A program made the position numbers and the translations under genes. Positions 20,357-30,742 of a DNA stretch of 64,000 nucleotides are shown piece by piece. This stretch comes from Candidatus Levybacteria bacterium RIFCSPHIGHO2_01_FULL_40_16 (GTDB lineage Bacteria > Patescibacteriota > Microgenomatia > Levybacterales > UBA12049): assembly GCA_001783805.1 (NCBI GenBank), contig MFNS01000001.1:64649-128648 (forward strand), given 5' to 3'. The notes beneath the pieces are model-generated. The model made no database searches. It had not been told where the DNA came from and saw only the letters and a program-made list of their open reading frames with translations. How positions within the stretch are numbered: position 1 is the stretch's first letter; each line of letters begins with the position of its first letter.

Positions 20357-21952
20357 ATGAGGCAAACTAAATTACCTGTAATAATTTTTTCTTTTTTGAT
20401 AGCCCTTTTTTGCACCTGGAGTATCATGTTCATCTACAAAAGCTCATTTTTAATAAATGGCATAAGATATTACAGTCTATTTGATGATGCGATGATTTCC
20501 ATGAAATATTCATGGCAATTTATTCATGGTTACGGACTTGTTTGGAATCATTTAGATAGAGTCGAGGGATATACAAATCTACTTTGGGTTATTATCATGG
20601 CACTGTTCCAGATTATTTTTGAACAACGATTCGCTGTTTTATCTATTCAAATTTTGGGCATTTTTATTATTCTTGGCATAGCTTTCGCTTCGGTTAAAAT
20701 AGCGCATGTGGCAAAAGTTGTTGAAGAAAAAAATAAAAACCTTCATACCTTCTTAATTTTATTGCTGATATTTTCTTATTATCCATTGCTCTATTGGACC
20801 CTGATGGGTATGGAGACGGGTTTACTTACGCTGTCAATTTTATTGGCAGCGCTATATATGTTGAAATTAATGAGGCTACGAAGACTGCAGGATGGGTTAA
20901 TGATGTCATTTTTTCTTTCGCTTTCTTATCTCATAAGACCAGATTCTTTTTATCTTGCGATTGTTATATTGCTTAGTTCCTATATTTATTTTATCGTTAG
21001 TAACAAAAAAGGAGAGAATAAAAAAATATATTTTGGAATTATTGCTCCATATATGCTGGTAATTTTAACGCATATGGCATTAAGAAAATACTATTATGGG
21101 GAAATTGTTCCCAATACCGTAATGCTTAAGGTGTTTGGTATGTCAACTTGGTTTAGAATAGAAAACGGATATGGTTTTATTAAACCTTTTATAAACGAAT
21201 CTTTATTCATAATTGTATTTGCATTCACATCAGTTATTCATCGTTTTAGCAAAATAAAACTGATTTTTTTCCTCTTATTTCTATCGTCATGTTTTTATCA
21301 AATTTTCGTAGGTGGAGATTCGTGGAACTATTGGAGGTTTTTAGTTCCCGCAATGCCGTTTGTCTTTATCCTCGCTTCAGCGGAAATCGTACAGGTGGGA
21401 AGATATATTCTTAACAACAATCTACTTAAAAAAATAAAAACTCAACTGTTAATGCCTATATTCTGTATTTTGGTAACGGTAGGCGTAATTTTTGGACATA
21501 ATAACAGATTTTTAAAACAAATGGTTTTTAAAGAAGGTATTTATTCCGTTGAGTATAACGTTATAAATACTGTTTACGCACTCCGCTTGAAAGAAATTAC
21601 AAAACCAAACGCAACGGTAGGAGTGGTTTGGGCTGGAGCAATACCATATTATTCTGAACGGGATGGCATTGATTTCCTTGGAAAAAGTGACAAGTATATT
21701 GCGCATTTGAAGCCTGATTTGACAATATTTAACTCAGTCTATGGTATGAAAACCCTTCCTGGTCACAATAAATTTGACTTGCGCTACTCGATCATTTTTC
21801 TTCACCCAGATGTTATTGAACGATCAGATTGGGCAAATCAAGCTGTAGGATTGCGACCGGATTTTAAATACAAACCTTATACATATAAAAACATTAGCTT
21901 TTTAATCCACGATAAATCACCGAATATACTTTGGGACAAGCTAAAAAAATAA
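20357..21952 (+). CDS. polytopic membrane GT-C-like glycosyltransferase candidate
   Basis: 531 aa. YYSLFDDAMISMKY acidic motif in the first extracytoplasmic loop, and at least 10 TM helices. Confidence 0.4.
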   Translation: MRQTKLPVIIFSFLIALFCTWSIMFIYKSSFLINGIRYYSLFDDAMISMKYSWQFIHGYGLVWNHLDRVEGYTNLLWVIIMALFQIIFEQRFAVLSIQILGIFIILGIAFASVKIAHVAKVVEEKNKNLHTFLILLLIFSYYPLLYWTLMGMETGLLTLSILLAALYMLKLMRLRRLQDGLMMSFFLSLSYLIRPDSFYLAIVILLSSYIYFIVSNKKGENKKIYFGIIAPYMLVILTHMALRKYYYGEIVPNTVMLKVFGMSTWFRIENGYGFIKPFINESLFIIVFAFTSVIHRFSKIKLIFFLLFLSSCFYQIFVGGDSWNYWRFLVPAMPFVFILASAEIVQVGRYILNNNLLKKIKTQLLMPIFCILVTVGVIFGHNNRFLKQMVFKEGIYSVEYNVINTVYALRLKEITKPNATVGVVWAGAIPYYSERDGIDFLGKSDKYIAHLKPDLTIFNSVYGMKTLPGHNKFDLRYSIIFLHPDVIERSDWANQAVGLRPDFKYKPYTYKNISFLIHDKSPNILWDKLKK

Positions 21953-22983
21953 TGACAAGAGCTTTGCTTGAAAATAAAATAATAAAAAAAACTTCTGATA
22001 TTTTACACAACAGAATCATTGTTTGGATAGTAATTCCATTTCTGTTGCTGGTGTTTTGGATATTTTTATCGTATCGATATATTGCCTCAAAAACAGGAGT
22101 AACCGTACTTACTTATCCGTCAAATGCGAATAATTATACGTCATGGAAAACAACAGAATTATTAAAAGGAGAAAAAATTAAAGGGCAATTTATTGCAAGT
22201 GATAATCATTTAGGAATAGTTGCTGTTCGGTTTAGCACATTTAGCAGGATTAACAAGGATGCAGTGATTTTCCGTATTAAAAACATAAAATCAAAAAATT
22301 GGCTTTATGAACATTCTTATCTCGTTAATCAATTTCAGGATAATCAATACTTCACATTTGGTATGCCGATTTTTGATAACTCTTTCAAAGAGACGTATCA
22401 ATTTGAAATAGAATCAGTACGTGGAAAACCAAAAGATGCAATTGCGTTAAGTCGGAAAGAACCTGTTTTTGTAACAAAATACAAGTTTCCCAAAAAAGAA
22501 ATATTGGATAAGAATATTCTTATGAAATTTATCTTTATGAAAACAACGGAGTCATTATTAGACAATGATTTTATAGCTTCTTCGACAATTTACCTTTTAC
22601 CATTCTTGTTTTACTTTACAGCAATGATTATTTTTCTTGGCGCACATTCTTATTTGAAAAATAATAGCCTTAAAAGGCTATTTATATATCTGCCGCTTTA
22701 TCTGATTTTACTTTGTGCATTAATTGCTGTTGTTCTTGCAAAAACAATTTATCCCCTAATGATCATTATAGTAGTCGTTTTATGGATGTCCGCGATTATA
22801 AGGTATAGATTTAAAGGTCGGGTTACTATTATTTTTGGTAGCGCTTGTTTACTTATCTCTCCGTTTCTTTTACTATTTTCATTTCTTCGTGAAGCGATAA
22901 ATATAACAATTTGGGCGTATGTGTTTTTAGTTATAGCGACTGTTCAGTCTTTGGTAGAGCTAAAATTAGTAAAAAAACGTTAA
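21952..22983 (+). CDS. membrane protein, paralog of 19142..20236
   Basis: LGIVAVRF...YQFEIES domain conserved with the 19142 gene. The ATG at 21952 overlaps the upstream stop (TAATG); the ORF track begins 21 nt earlier at TTG. Confidence 0.35.
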   Translation: MTRALLENKIIKKTSDILHNRIIVWIVIPFLLLVFWIFLSYRYIASKTGVTVLTYPSNANNYTSWKTTELLKGEKIKGQFIASDNHLGIVAVRFSTFSRINKDAVIFRIKNIKSKNWLYEHSYLVNQFQDNQYFTFGMPIFDNSFKETYQFEIESVRGKPKDAIALSRKEPVFVTKYKFPKKEILDKNILMKFIFMKTTESLLDNDFIASSTIYLLPFLFYFTAMIIFLGAHSYLKNNSLKRLFIYLPLYLILLCALIAVVLAKTIYPLMIIIVVVLWMSAIIRYRFKGRVTIIFGSACLLISPFLLLFSFLREAINITIWAYVFLVIATVQSLVELKLVKKR

Positions 22984-24515
22984 TGAAAAGAATTAGTTTA
23001 TTTTTCTTATTCTTAATACTTCTCCTTTCTTTTCTTTTGGGGGCTAGGATGGTTTTGTCTGGGGACTTTTTCTATCTTTACGATCAAGCCAGAGATTATT
23101 TGCTTGTGCAAAATATTGTTGATACGCGCGATCTTGTTTTAATTGGATCTCACAGTGGTTTGAGCGGTTTTTTCCATGGTCCTCTTTGGCTATATATACT
23201 TACGCCCGTCTATATTCTAGGCAGCGGTAATCCTTTTTCTTTTACATATGCATATGTCGGATTACAGCTTACGACAGTTCTGCTTGCATATTTGATTGGC
23301 TCAAAACTGTATGGAAATAAAGGAGGCCTTTTAATATCATTGTTAATTGCATTGTCACCGGCAACTTGGAGCACCGTTCAGAATACAATAGGAGTAAATG
23401 TTGTTTCACTTGTTTTTCTTGGCTTATTTTATTTTCTTATTAAGTTTTTAAGGGGTAACAAAAATTCTTTTATTTTTGCAGCATTTTTTGCAGGCCTTTC
23501 TCTTCAATTCGAAACTGCCCTCCCATTAATTTTAATTCCAGTTATGGTAATTATTTTTCTTTGGAATAAAATTGCAATTAAAAATTTGAGAGTAATCCTC
23601 TTATCTTTTATCTCTTATTTCTTATCTCTTGGCACATTTATCTTATTCGATCTTCGCCATAAATTCTTGATGACAAATGCATTAATAGGCGTTGTTAAGG
23701 GGGGCATAAAAGAAAAAGGATACCTAGAGTTTGAAGACAGGATTATCGCGCACGTTAATAGCTTGCTAGCTGTTTATGAAAGTATTTTATTTAATCAGAA
23801 TATTTGGTTGATAATATTGATGGTTATAATATTTATTATTGCCTTAATTTTAATTCATAGAAATAACGATATTAAGTACAGAAAAGAATTTGGATTTTTA
23901 TTATTATTTCCTGCTTTAACGTACGGGTTTTTCATGTTATATTCCTATCCTGTATGGCCCGAATATGTGTTTGGGTTACTTATTCCGGTTGCTTTTGCTT
24001 TTTATTTGGCACTTATAACCGTTTGGAAAAATTCTTTTGGAAAAATTTTGGTAATTATATTTTTTGTTATTACATCTGTTAATGTTTTAGGATTTTTACA
24101 GAATCAATATCTGATGAAGTATCAGCCGGTCGAATCAGCCGGTTCATATATAAATCAATTGGCGGTTGTCGATTGGATATTTATAGATGCGGAAAAAGGA
24201 AAGTTTGGGTATTTTGTTTATACGCCGGAAACTTTTACTCATGGAATGGATTATCTAATCTCCTGGAAAGCAAAAAGCTATCCAGACAAGATTCCCACTA
24301 AGAACAAAGAGCTAATAACTTACCTAATCTTGTATCCGCACATAGAAAATGATGAAGGAGCTTATGACTTTTGGAAGAAAAATACCTTAAGAACCAATAG
24401 TCAAATACTTTTGACAAAAACCTTTATCGGCGGAATCACTGTTGAAAAGCTACTTATCAACAAAAGTGAACCGGAAGTTGATCCAAATTATTATCAAGGC
24501 TTGTTGTTTAGATAG
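22983..24515 (+). CDS. PMT_2/ArnT-like GT-C glycosyltransferase candidate
   Basis: FFYLYDQARDY loop-1 motif shared with the gene at 28086. Multi-TM. The ATG at 22983 overlaps the upstream stop (TAATG). Confidence 0.4.
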   Translation: MKRISLFFLFLILLLSFLLGARMVLSGDFFYLYDQARDYLLVQNIVDTRDLVLIGSHSGLSGFFHGPLWLYILTPVYILGSGNPFSFTYAYVGLQLTTVLLAYLIGSKLYGNKGGLLISLLIALSPATWSTVQNTIGVNVVSLVFLGLFYFLIKFLRGNKNSFIFAAFFAGLSLQFETALPLILIPVMVIIFLWNKIAIKNLRVILLSFISYFLSLGTFILFDLRHKFLMTNALIGVVKGGIKEKGYLEFEDRIIAHVNSLLAVYESILFNQNIWLIILMVIIFIIALILIHRNNDIKYRKEFGFLLLFPALTYGFFMLYSYPVWPEYVFGLLIPVAFAFYLALITVWKNSFGKILVIIFFVITSVNVLGFLQNQYLMKYQPVESAGSYINQLAVVDWIFIDAEKGKFGYFVYTPETFTHGMDYLISWKAKSYPDKIPTKNKELITYLILYPHIENDEGAYDFWKKNTLRTNSQILLTKTFIGGITVEKLLINKSEPEVDPNYYQGLLFR

Positions 24516-24534
24516 GGTAGTTAATTAAGCGCGG

Positions 24535-26274
24535 TTAATTTTTATTAAAAATATACTTTGTGCAGAAAGAGTTTATGGGCAAATTCTCGATATTGAAATC
24601 GAAAAACTTAAAATTGTCAGGATATTTAGATAAAGAATAAATACTGCATACGCGATCTTTATATATAGAATATATTGTTCCGGCATCGGATAGCTGAGAA
24701 ATTTCTACAGGCTTTTTCATAACCTGATAACTGCTAATTTCATCGCATTTCATGGTATTATTAATAATAATTGTATTGTCGGAACTTATTACATTTTTAT
24801 CAGGACATCCCTTAAGGAATCTTACGCCGTCTAACGCGTAAATATTGCTGTTGAAATTTTCGGTCACTATCTTGGCCGATTTTTGACTATAAGTATCTGC
24901 ATAAAGTACGTAACCCTTATATAGGGGTTCCGGTTCGGGCGAATAGACATACACAGATTTATCTTGTGCATTTACTAGGGCAATATACCCGGATAATATT
25001 CTTGTACTAAAGTTGGAGCCTTCAGAATTGTAGATAGGATATCTAAGGAAATAAATCACCAGAAAATTTGTTAATAAAGCTGTATATATTAAAAGGATAA
25101 ATCCGGCGAGAAATTTTCTGTAAAATGTTTTTTTTGGCAAAGACAGGGCATAAGATATGCCAACTCCGACTACTATTATAAAAAGCGGATAAATGAGCGT
25201 CCATTTATGAACAAATCTTTCTTGATCTGTGCTAATCGCAGCCGGAAAAGGGGCAATCAGTATGAGACCGATTATTAGCAACGCAACTTTTTTGTTTTTT
25301 TGAAAAAGATAGTAAAATCCCAACAATAGAAAAATAAGATCAACATAGTAAAAGTATCCATGATTCCAGAGGGAAACATACATATTGCTGTCTCCGGTTA
25401 TAAATTGGTATTGAGGAGAGAATGCGCCAAGGTATTTGTTTAAAAAATCTTTAGCAAATACAGTATATTTATTTATAATTAAGTTATTGATTGGAGAATT
25501 AATAGATAATTTTCTGTCAAGATTAACCTTTTCTGCAATGGATTGGCTCCATGGTGTATAAATTTCAGACAGTCTTTTTCCGGCGTTTCCCGAATTAAGC
25601 GATTGTAAAAAAAAGATAAACAAGAATAAGCAAGCGATAATTAGCGTTAAATAATACTTGGTATATTTTTTATTATTTAATATATGCCATGAAAAAAAAG
25701 CTGCAATAATTACAAATGGTAGAAAAATAATTTTTGTTCCTATGTAAGAATAGAATGCTAGAAATAAGGGTATAAAACTTAATAATATTCTCCAACTTTT
25801 ACTATAAAGCAAAATAGTCAAAGCCAACATGTAAAAGAAAACTGCAAGAGGAAAATCATAAGCAGTCCGGCCGAAAAAAATTCCCCATGGGCTAATAGCC
25901 GCAACTATCCCGACGATTAAAGCTTCCTTTTTACTAAAAAGTTTGTTTGTAATTAAATACAAGATTCCAACTAACAAAGTGCTAAATAAAGCGTATGGTA
26001 ATTTAGCGGTAAAAAGAGTTACCTTAAATAGACTAAGCAGTGGAGAAGCTATTAAGAAGGATAGTTCTGACATGGGATACGTATTATATATGGGTTGCAG
26101 TGACCATGGCTGCCAAGTGCCCAGAATATCCTTACCGGTCAGAGCGACCGATTTCGCGTTAATTATGAAAGTTAATTCATCGTTACTTAGAGCTAGGGGA
26201 ACTTCGTTTATAAAGATCGTCCTAAGTAAAAAAGCTATTATTAATATGAAAAATATTGCATCGATTTTCTTCAT
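24535..26274 (-). CDS. GT39/PMT-ArnT-family-like membrane glycosyltransferase
   Basis: 579 aa with the loop-1 motif LSNDELTF (DE) as in protein-O-mannosyltransferase/ArnT families. The C-terminal Cys-containing soluble domain is homologous to that of the divergent neighbour. Confidence 0.45.
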   Translation of the reverse strand: MKKIDAIFFILIIAFLLRTIFINEVPLALSNDELTFIINAKSVALTGKDILGTWQPWSLQPIYNTYPMSELSFLIASPLLSLFKVTLFTAKLPYALFSTLLVGILYLITNKLFSKKEALIVGIVAAISPWGIFFGRTAYDFPLAVFFYMLALTILLYSKSWRILLSFIPLFLAFYSYIGTKIIFLPFVIIAAFFSWHILNNKKYTKYYLTLIIACLFLFIFFLQSLNSGNAGKRLSEIYTPWSQSIAEKVNLDRKLSINSPINNLIINKYTVFAKDFLNKYLGAFSPQYQFITGDSNMYVSLWNHGYFYYVDLIFLLLGFYYLFQKNKKVALLIIGLILIAPFPAAISTDQERFVHKWTLIYPLFIIVVGVGISYALSLPKKTFYRKFLAGFILLIYTALLTNFLVIYFLRYPIYNSEGSNFSTRILSGYIALVNAQDKSVYVYSPEPEPLYKGYVLYADTYSQKSAKIVTENFNSNIYALDGVRFLKGCPDKNVISSDNTIIINNTMKCDEISSYQVMKKPVEISQLSDAGTIYSIYKDRVCSIYSLSKYPDNFKFFDFNIENLPINSFCTKYIFNKN

Positions 26275-26275
26275 T

Positions 26276-26304
26276 TTGTTAAATAATAATTCTTACTATA
26301 TAAT
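26276..26304 (+). promoter_or_regulatory. sigma70-like promoter TTGTTA-N17-TATAAT in the 60-bp divergent region between PMT-like paralogs
   Basis: -35 at 26276–26281 and -10 at 26299–26304. It drives the + gene starting at about 26335. Confidence 0.4.
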
Positions 26305-26334
26305 ATAGGTCAACTCTAATTGTACCACCATTAT

Positions 26335-28086
26335 ATGATGAATTTATTAAAAAGTAACCTCTTTTTAAGAAAGAACATCTTTTTTCTTTTGTTAATACTT
26401 ATTGCAATTTTGCCGCGTTTTATTTTCTTAAGCAACGTGCCAAATGCAATAAATCAAGATGAACTGCATTATGCTCTCGATGCAAAATCTTTTTTCTTAA
26501 CCGGCAAGGATGTTCTAGGACAAACTTCTCTGGTTGACGTACTGTTATTCAATTCTCCCAAAAGTGAACCTTTGCAAGCCGAGTTGCAATATTTTTTTGA
26601 GATTCCGGTTTTGGGACTTATGGGTTTTTCCATGACAAATTTGGTATTGCCCAATGTATTGCTAGGGATTTTAACTGTAGTCTTGATTTATCTCATAACC
26701 TTAAAGTTATTTGATAAAAATACTGCTCTTTTGGCTGGGTTAATTGCTGCAATAAATCCATGGTTGATTTTTTTAAGTAGAACCACCTATGAGGCAGGTC
26801 CGGCAACATTATTTTTTCTCTGCGTTTTTTACATGATGTTAATAACAAAAAGTTGGAAAATTTTACTGACAATCCCCTTCGCGCTTCTTGCTTTTTATTC
26901 TCATATTGCAACGAAACTTATTTTTCTGCCTTTTATGTCATTAAGTATTTTGTATGCTTTTTTGTCTGTTAATAAAAGAAAATATTTTAAACAGTATTTA
27001 TTTCTTTTTATGTTCTCGTGCGTTTTGACATTATTCTTCCTATTTCAACTTAAACAGGGAAAGTCTTCCAGGGGGACTGAAATTTTACTACCAAATAGCA
27101 TTGCAATAATACAGCGGGTTAATGAAGTCAGAAAAGCTACCATTCAGAACCCTTTTATCAATTTAGTCGAGAATAAATTCACAGTTTATGGATCTTTTCT
27201 TGTCAGGAATACATTTAATATTTTTTCTCCTACTTATCTTTTTGCTAATGCCGATTATTTTTTTATGCTGGGCGGACATGGCCTTTTCTACTATATAGAT
27301 TCATTTTTTTTAATTATTGGTTTAGGATGGGCGTTTTTGAAAAATAAGAAGTTATTTCTTACTTTTGTTTTAATTATATTTGTTGGAATTGTGCCCCAGA
27401 TAGTGCATAGCTCGAGTGTGAATGGAAATTTTAGTCATCACATAGCCCTGTCAATACCATTTATGATTATTTTTATGTCGCTTGGTATCAATGGTGTTTT
27501 CGGGAAGTTTAAAGATAAAAAACGTAGAGTTTTATTTATCGTTCTAATTGCTTTAATATATATCTTTTCATTCTTAAGGTTTTCTAATTTTTATTTTTTT
27601 AGGTACCCTCTTCAGGCAGGAACGTTTGGGGTGGAAAACCGTATTCTTTCTAAATACATAACCCTTTCTGAAGATGAAAAAAGACCAATAATTATTTATT
27701 CGGTTAACCCTATGCTTGCTTTTAAAGAATTTTTGTTCTATTCAAATCTCTACAACAAGAATACGGTAAAAACAATAAATGAATCGCTGAAAGACAAGAA
27801 GTTTATTTATAATAATATTTCATTTATTTCGTGTAGCAGGAGCATGCTTCCCGATTCGCAACCGGTATTAGTTATTGATGATGCGAATTGCGATAGATCA
27901 AGAAGTGAACATTCTATAAGTATTGCTCAATTGGAGGATAGCGGAAAAAAATATAATATCTATGGTGATAAAGCATGCAGTAGTTTTAATTTGCCTGGTT
28001 ATATTTCGAATTTGAAATTATCAGATTTTGATGTTGAAAATCTTCCGGCAAAAAAGTTTTGCGAAACATTCATAGTTTCTTATTAA
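26335..28086 (+). CDS. GT39/PMT-ArnT-family-like membrane glycosyltransferase (divergent paralog)
   Basis: INQDELHYALDAKS loop-1 DE motif, and the C-terminal domain (CDRSRSEH...FCETF) is conserved with the 24535 gene. The start was set at ATG 26335; the ORF track starts at TTG 26320. Confidence 0.45.
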   Translation: MMNLLKSNLFLRKNIFFLLLILIAILPRFIFLSNVPNAINQDELHYALDAKSFFLTGKDVLGQTSLVDVLLFNSPKSEPLQAELQYFFEIPVLGLMGFSMTNLVLPNVLLGILTVVLIYLITLKLFDKNTALLAGLIAAINPWLIFLSRTTYEAGPATLFFLCVFYMMLITKSWKILLTIPFALLAFYSHIATKLIFLPFMSLSILYAFLSVNKRKYFKQYLFLFMFSCVLTLFFLFQLKQGKSSRGTEILLPNSIAIIQRVNEVRKATIQNPFINLVENKFTVYGSFLVRNTFNIFSPTYLFANADYFFMLGGHGLFYYIDSFFLIIGLGWAFLKNKKLFLTFVLIIFVGIVPQIVHSSSVNGNFSHHIALSIPFMIIFMSLGINGVFGKFKDKKRRVLFIVLIALIYIFSFLRFSNFYFFRYPLQAGTFGVENRILSKYITLSEDEKRPIIIYSVNPMLAFKEFLFYSNLYNKNTVKTINESLKDKKFIYNNISFISCSRSMLPDSQPVLVIDDANCDRSRSEHSISIAQLEDSGKKYNIYGDKACSSFNLPGYISNLKLSDFDVENLPAKKFCETFIVSY

Positions 28087-29765
28087 TGAAAAAGAACTTA
28101 TCAAGCACCTTTAAAAACATCGCAGGTTATAGCGTTCGTAGTGGTCGTATTTCTCTCTGTTTGAATGAGGCACTTGGCAAAAAAAAGGTGCTGGATTTAT
28201 TACTTGTTATTATTACGTCAGCCATAGTTTTATTTTCCTTTGCGTTTGCTTTGAGATTAGTTCCTTCTCAAGTTACTTTTGGATACGATCAGGCAAGGGA
28301 CGCATACGAAGCTAATTCGATCTGGCAAAAACACGATCTCAAAATATTGGGGCCGTCTTCAGATGTCCCGGGGCTGAATCATGGTGTTCTCTGGTACTAT
28401 TTCTTAGCCTTGGCCTATGGTATATCGCAAGGCAATCCCGAAGGAGCAGCGATTTTTACATTGTTTTTGCTTTACCTATTTATTCCGGTAATGGGAATTA
28501 TAGCTTATAAAATTACCGAAAATTACAGAGATTCCTTAATGTCAGTTGCCTTATATTCTTTCGCTCCGCTTTCTGTTGCATTTTCCCATTGGTTATCAAA
28601 TCCAATGTTAGCTTTGTTGATTGCGCCTCCACTGTTGCTTTTAATCTGGATGTATCTTAAAAAACAAAACAAAATCCTTGCGCTTTTTATTGGCTTAAGC
28701 TATGGATTATTAATTCAATCCGACTTTGCTTTTTTAGTATTGCTGTTGACAATTCCCTTTTATATTTATTTCTTTAAATTAAAAGTAAAAATATCGGATG
28801 CATTGATGTTCTCTCTGGGTCTATTAATCGCTCTTTCTACATTTATCCTTTCTTATATTAAATTTCAAACTAATATTATCCAAATAATCTCGTCTTTTCT
28901 TGTTAACAATACAGGAGCAGGATTTTCAACCAGCTCTGCTCTTCTGTCTTTAGTCGATTGGACCGTAAATATATTTTCAATTACTTTTCTGCCTTTTCCA
29001 AAATTACTTGTCTTTGCACTGTTATTATTCTTAATTACCTATAAGCGCAAAGAAATATTTAATATAAGCAATAAACTAATAACTTTTTTATTAATTTGGT
29101 TAAGTGGCTCGCTATTTTTATTTATATTCAATCGCGGGAACATGTCTGCAACTTTTCTTTATAGCCCTTTTTTGTTTTCCGGAGCCTTATTAATAGGATT
29201 AATTTTGAACAACCTGATTAGAAAAGACTACGTACGTTACTCAATTCTCGCGGGCATAGTTTTGTTTCAAGCATTATTAATTAATTCCTGGACAAATAGA
29301 TACTATACTCCTCTTTCCATTCAGCTTGGAATTACTACCAAATTCGAAAAGGAGATAGTGAATTATACTTATAATCAGTCGGAAGGAAAAAATTTTATAA
29401 TTAATACAATAACGAATCCTTTATATATTAATACTACTTGGGCATATTTGTACGAATATTATGGTAAAAATAAATACGGTTATTTGCCATACTGGGGTGG
29501 TAGGAGTCAAGTGGGCTATCTGGGCAACCTATCGGAAAAAGCGCCTTCAAATGTAGCCTTGCGTTATCTTATTATTGAGCCTCAAGACGGAATACAAGAG
29601 ATATGGAAGGCAAGAATAATTTATGATGAAGACCGGATATCGGATATAATTGAGCGGAAAAAATTCGGAAATTACGAAGTTCAAAAAAGAATTATTAACT
29701 TGAATAAGGGTCCAATTCCGCTTCCCGATATTCTTCAAAAACGCGCGGATGTTCTTAAATTTTAA
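28086..29765 (+). CDS. PMT_2/ArnT-like GT-C glycosyltransferase candidate
   Basis: FGYDQARDAYEAN motif and multi-TM topology. The ATG at 28086 overlaps the upstream stop (TAATG). Confidence 0.4.
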   Translation: MKKNLSSTFKNIAGYSVRSGRISLCLNEALGKKKVLDLLLVIITSAIVLFSFAFALRLVPSQVTFGYDQARDAYEANSIWQKHDLKILGPSSDVPGLNHGVLWYYFLALAYGISQGNPEGAAIFTLFLLYLFIPVMGIIAYKITENYRDSLMSVALYSFAPLSVAFSHWLSNPMLALLIAPPLLLLIWMYLKKQNKILALFIGLSYGLLIQSDFAFLVLLLTIPFYIYFFKLKVKISDALMFSLGLLIALSTFILSYIKFQTNIIQIISSFLVNNTGAGFSTSSALLSLVDWTVNIFSITFLPFPKLLVFALLLFLITYKRKEIFNISNKLITFLLIWLSGSLFLFIFNRGNMSATFLYSPFLFSGALLIGLILNNLIRKDYVRYSILAGIVLFQALLINSWTNRYYTPLSIQLGITTKFEKEIVNYTYNQSEGKNFIINTITNPLYINTTWAYLYEYYGKNKYGYLPYWGGRSQVGYLGNLSEKAPSNVALRYLIIEPQDGIQEIWKARIIYDEDRISDIIERKKFGNYEVQKRIINLNKGPIPLPDILQKRADVLKF

Positions 29766-29811
29766 TTTCTTGAAATTTGGCTATGAAACGTAGAAATGAT
29801 AGAATTAGCTT

Positions 29812-30741
29812 ATGATTTCTGTAGTTGTGCCTGTTTACAACGAGCATGAAAGTCTTGAAGCTTTTTTTAAAGTTTTAATTCCCAATTTATCTAAATTAGA
29901 CAACGAACATGAAGCAATCTTTGTTGATGATGGGTCAACGGATAAAACTCTTGAGATTTTAAAGGACTTTGCGGCTAAAAATTCAAATGTCAAAGTTTTT
30001 TCTTTTAGGAAAAATAGAGGAAAAGCAGAAGCGTTAATAGTTGGTTTTCAAAAAGCAAAGGGAGATTTAATTGTTACTTTAGATGCGGATTTGCAGGACA
30101 GGCCGGAAGAGATCGCAAAACTAATAAAAAAACAAAAAGAAGGTTTTGACTTAGTTTGCGGTTGGAGAAAAAATAGAAAAGATGCTTTGAGGGCGAACCT
30201 TTCTTCCAAACTTTTTAATTCTATAGCATCTATTCTTTGGGGATTAAAATTACATGATTATAATTGTGGATTAAAACTCTACACTAAAGATGTTGCAAAA
30301 TCTCTTAATCTTTATGGAGGCATGCATAGGTTTATACCCCTTTTGGTTGCCGACCAAGGTTTTAGCGTCGCGGAAGTGGCAATCGAACATGTTGAAAGAA
30401 AATATGGAAAGTCAAAATATGGATTTTCCAAAATCTGGAAAGATTTGCCCGACATATTTACTATGCTTTTTTTGAGCAAATACAGTAAAAGACCATTTCA
30501 TTTTTTCGGAGCAGCAGGAAGCTTAATGGTTTTAATTGGCGCATTAATATTGGGATATCTTACTTACCTTAAGATCTTGGGCGAAGCCATTGGTCAACGG
30601 CCGCTTTTATTTTTGGGGATGCTATTTATAATTAGCGGATTTCAGCTGTTTTTTACGGGATTTTTAGCGGATCTAATTATTAATATTTCTTCAAAGAAGC
30701 AGAAAGATTTTACTTTTAAATATTCCAGCGAAGAGTTGTAA
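29812..30741 (+). CDS. polyprenyl-phosphate glycosyltransferase, GT2 (GtrB/ArnC/Ppm1/DPM1-like)
   Basis: VVVPVYNE...DDGSTD...DADLQD catalytic domain plus two C-terminal TM helices. This is the GtrB/DPM-synthase architecture. Confidence 0.65.
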   Translation: MISVVVPVYNEHESLEAFFKVLIPNLSKLDNEHEAIFVDDGSTDKTLEILKDFAAKNSNVKVFSFRKNRGKAEALIVGFQKAKGDLIVTLDADLQDRPEEIAKLIKKQKEGFDLVCGWRKNRKDALRANLSSKLFNSIASILWGLKLHDYNCGLKLYTKDVAKSLNLYGGMHRFIPLLVADQGFSVAEVAIEHVERKYGKSKYGFSKIWKDLPDIFTMLFLSKYSKRPFHFFGAAGSLMVLIGALILGYLTYLKILGEAIGQRPLLFLGMLFIISGFQLFFTGFLADLIINISSKKQKDFTFKYSSEEL

Positions 30742-30742
30742 A

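Noticed and set aside
24516-24534. Bidirectional terminator between the convergent genes at 24515/24535
   Set aside because: There are only 19 nt, with a weak AT-rich palindrome (ttaattaagcgcggttaatt) and no stable GC stem or T-tract.
25943-26308. 121-aa plus-strand ORF spanning the 5' end of the minus-strand PMT-like gene and the divergent promoter region
   Set aside because: It overlaps the start of a real gene and the predicted promoter, and has no recognisable features.
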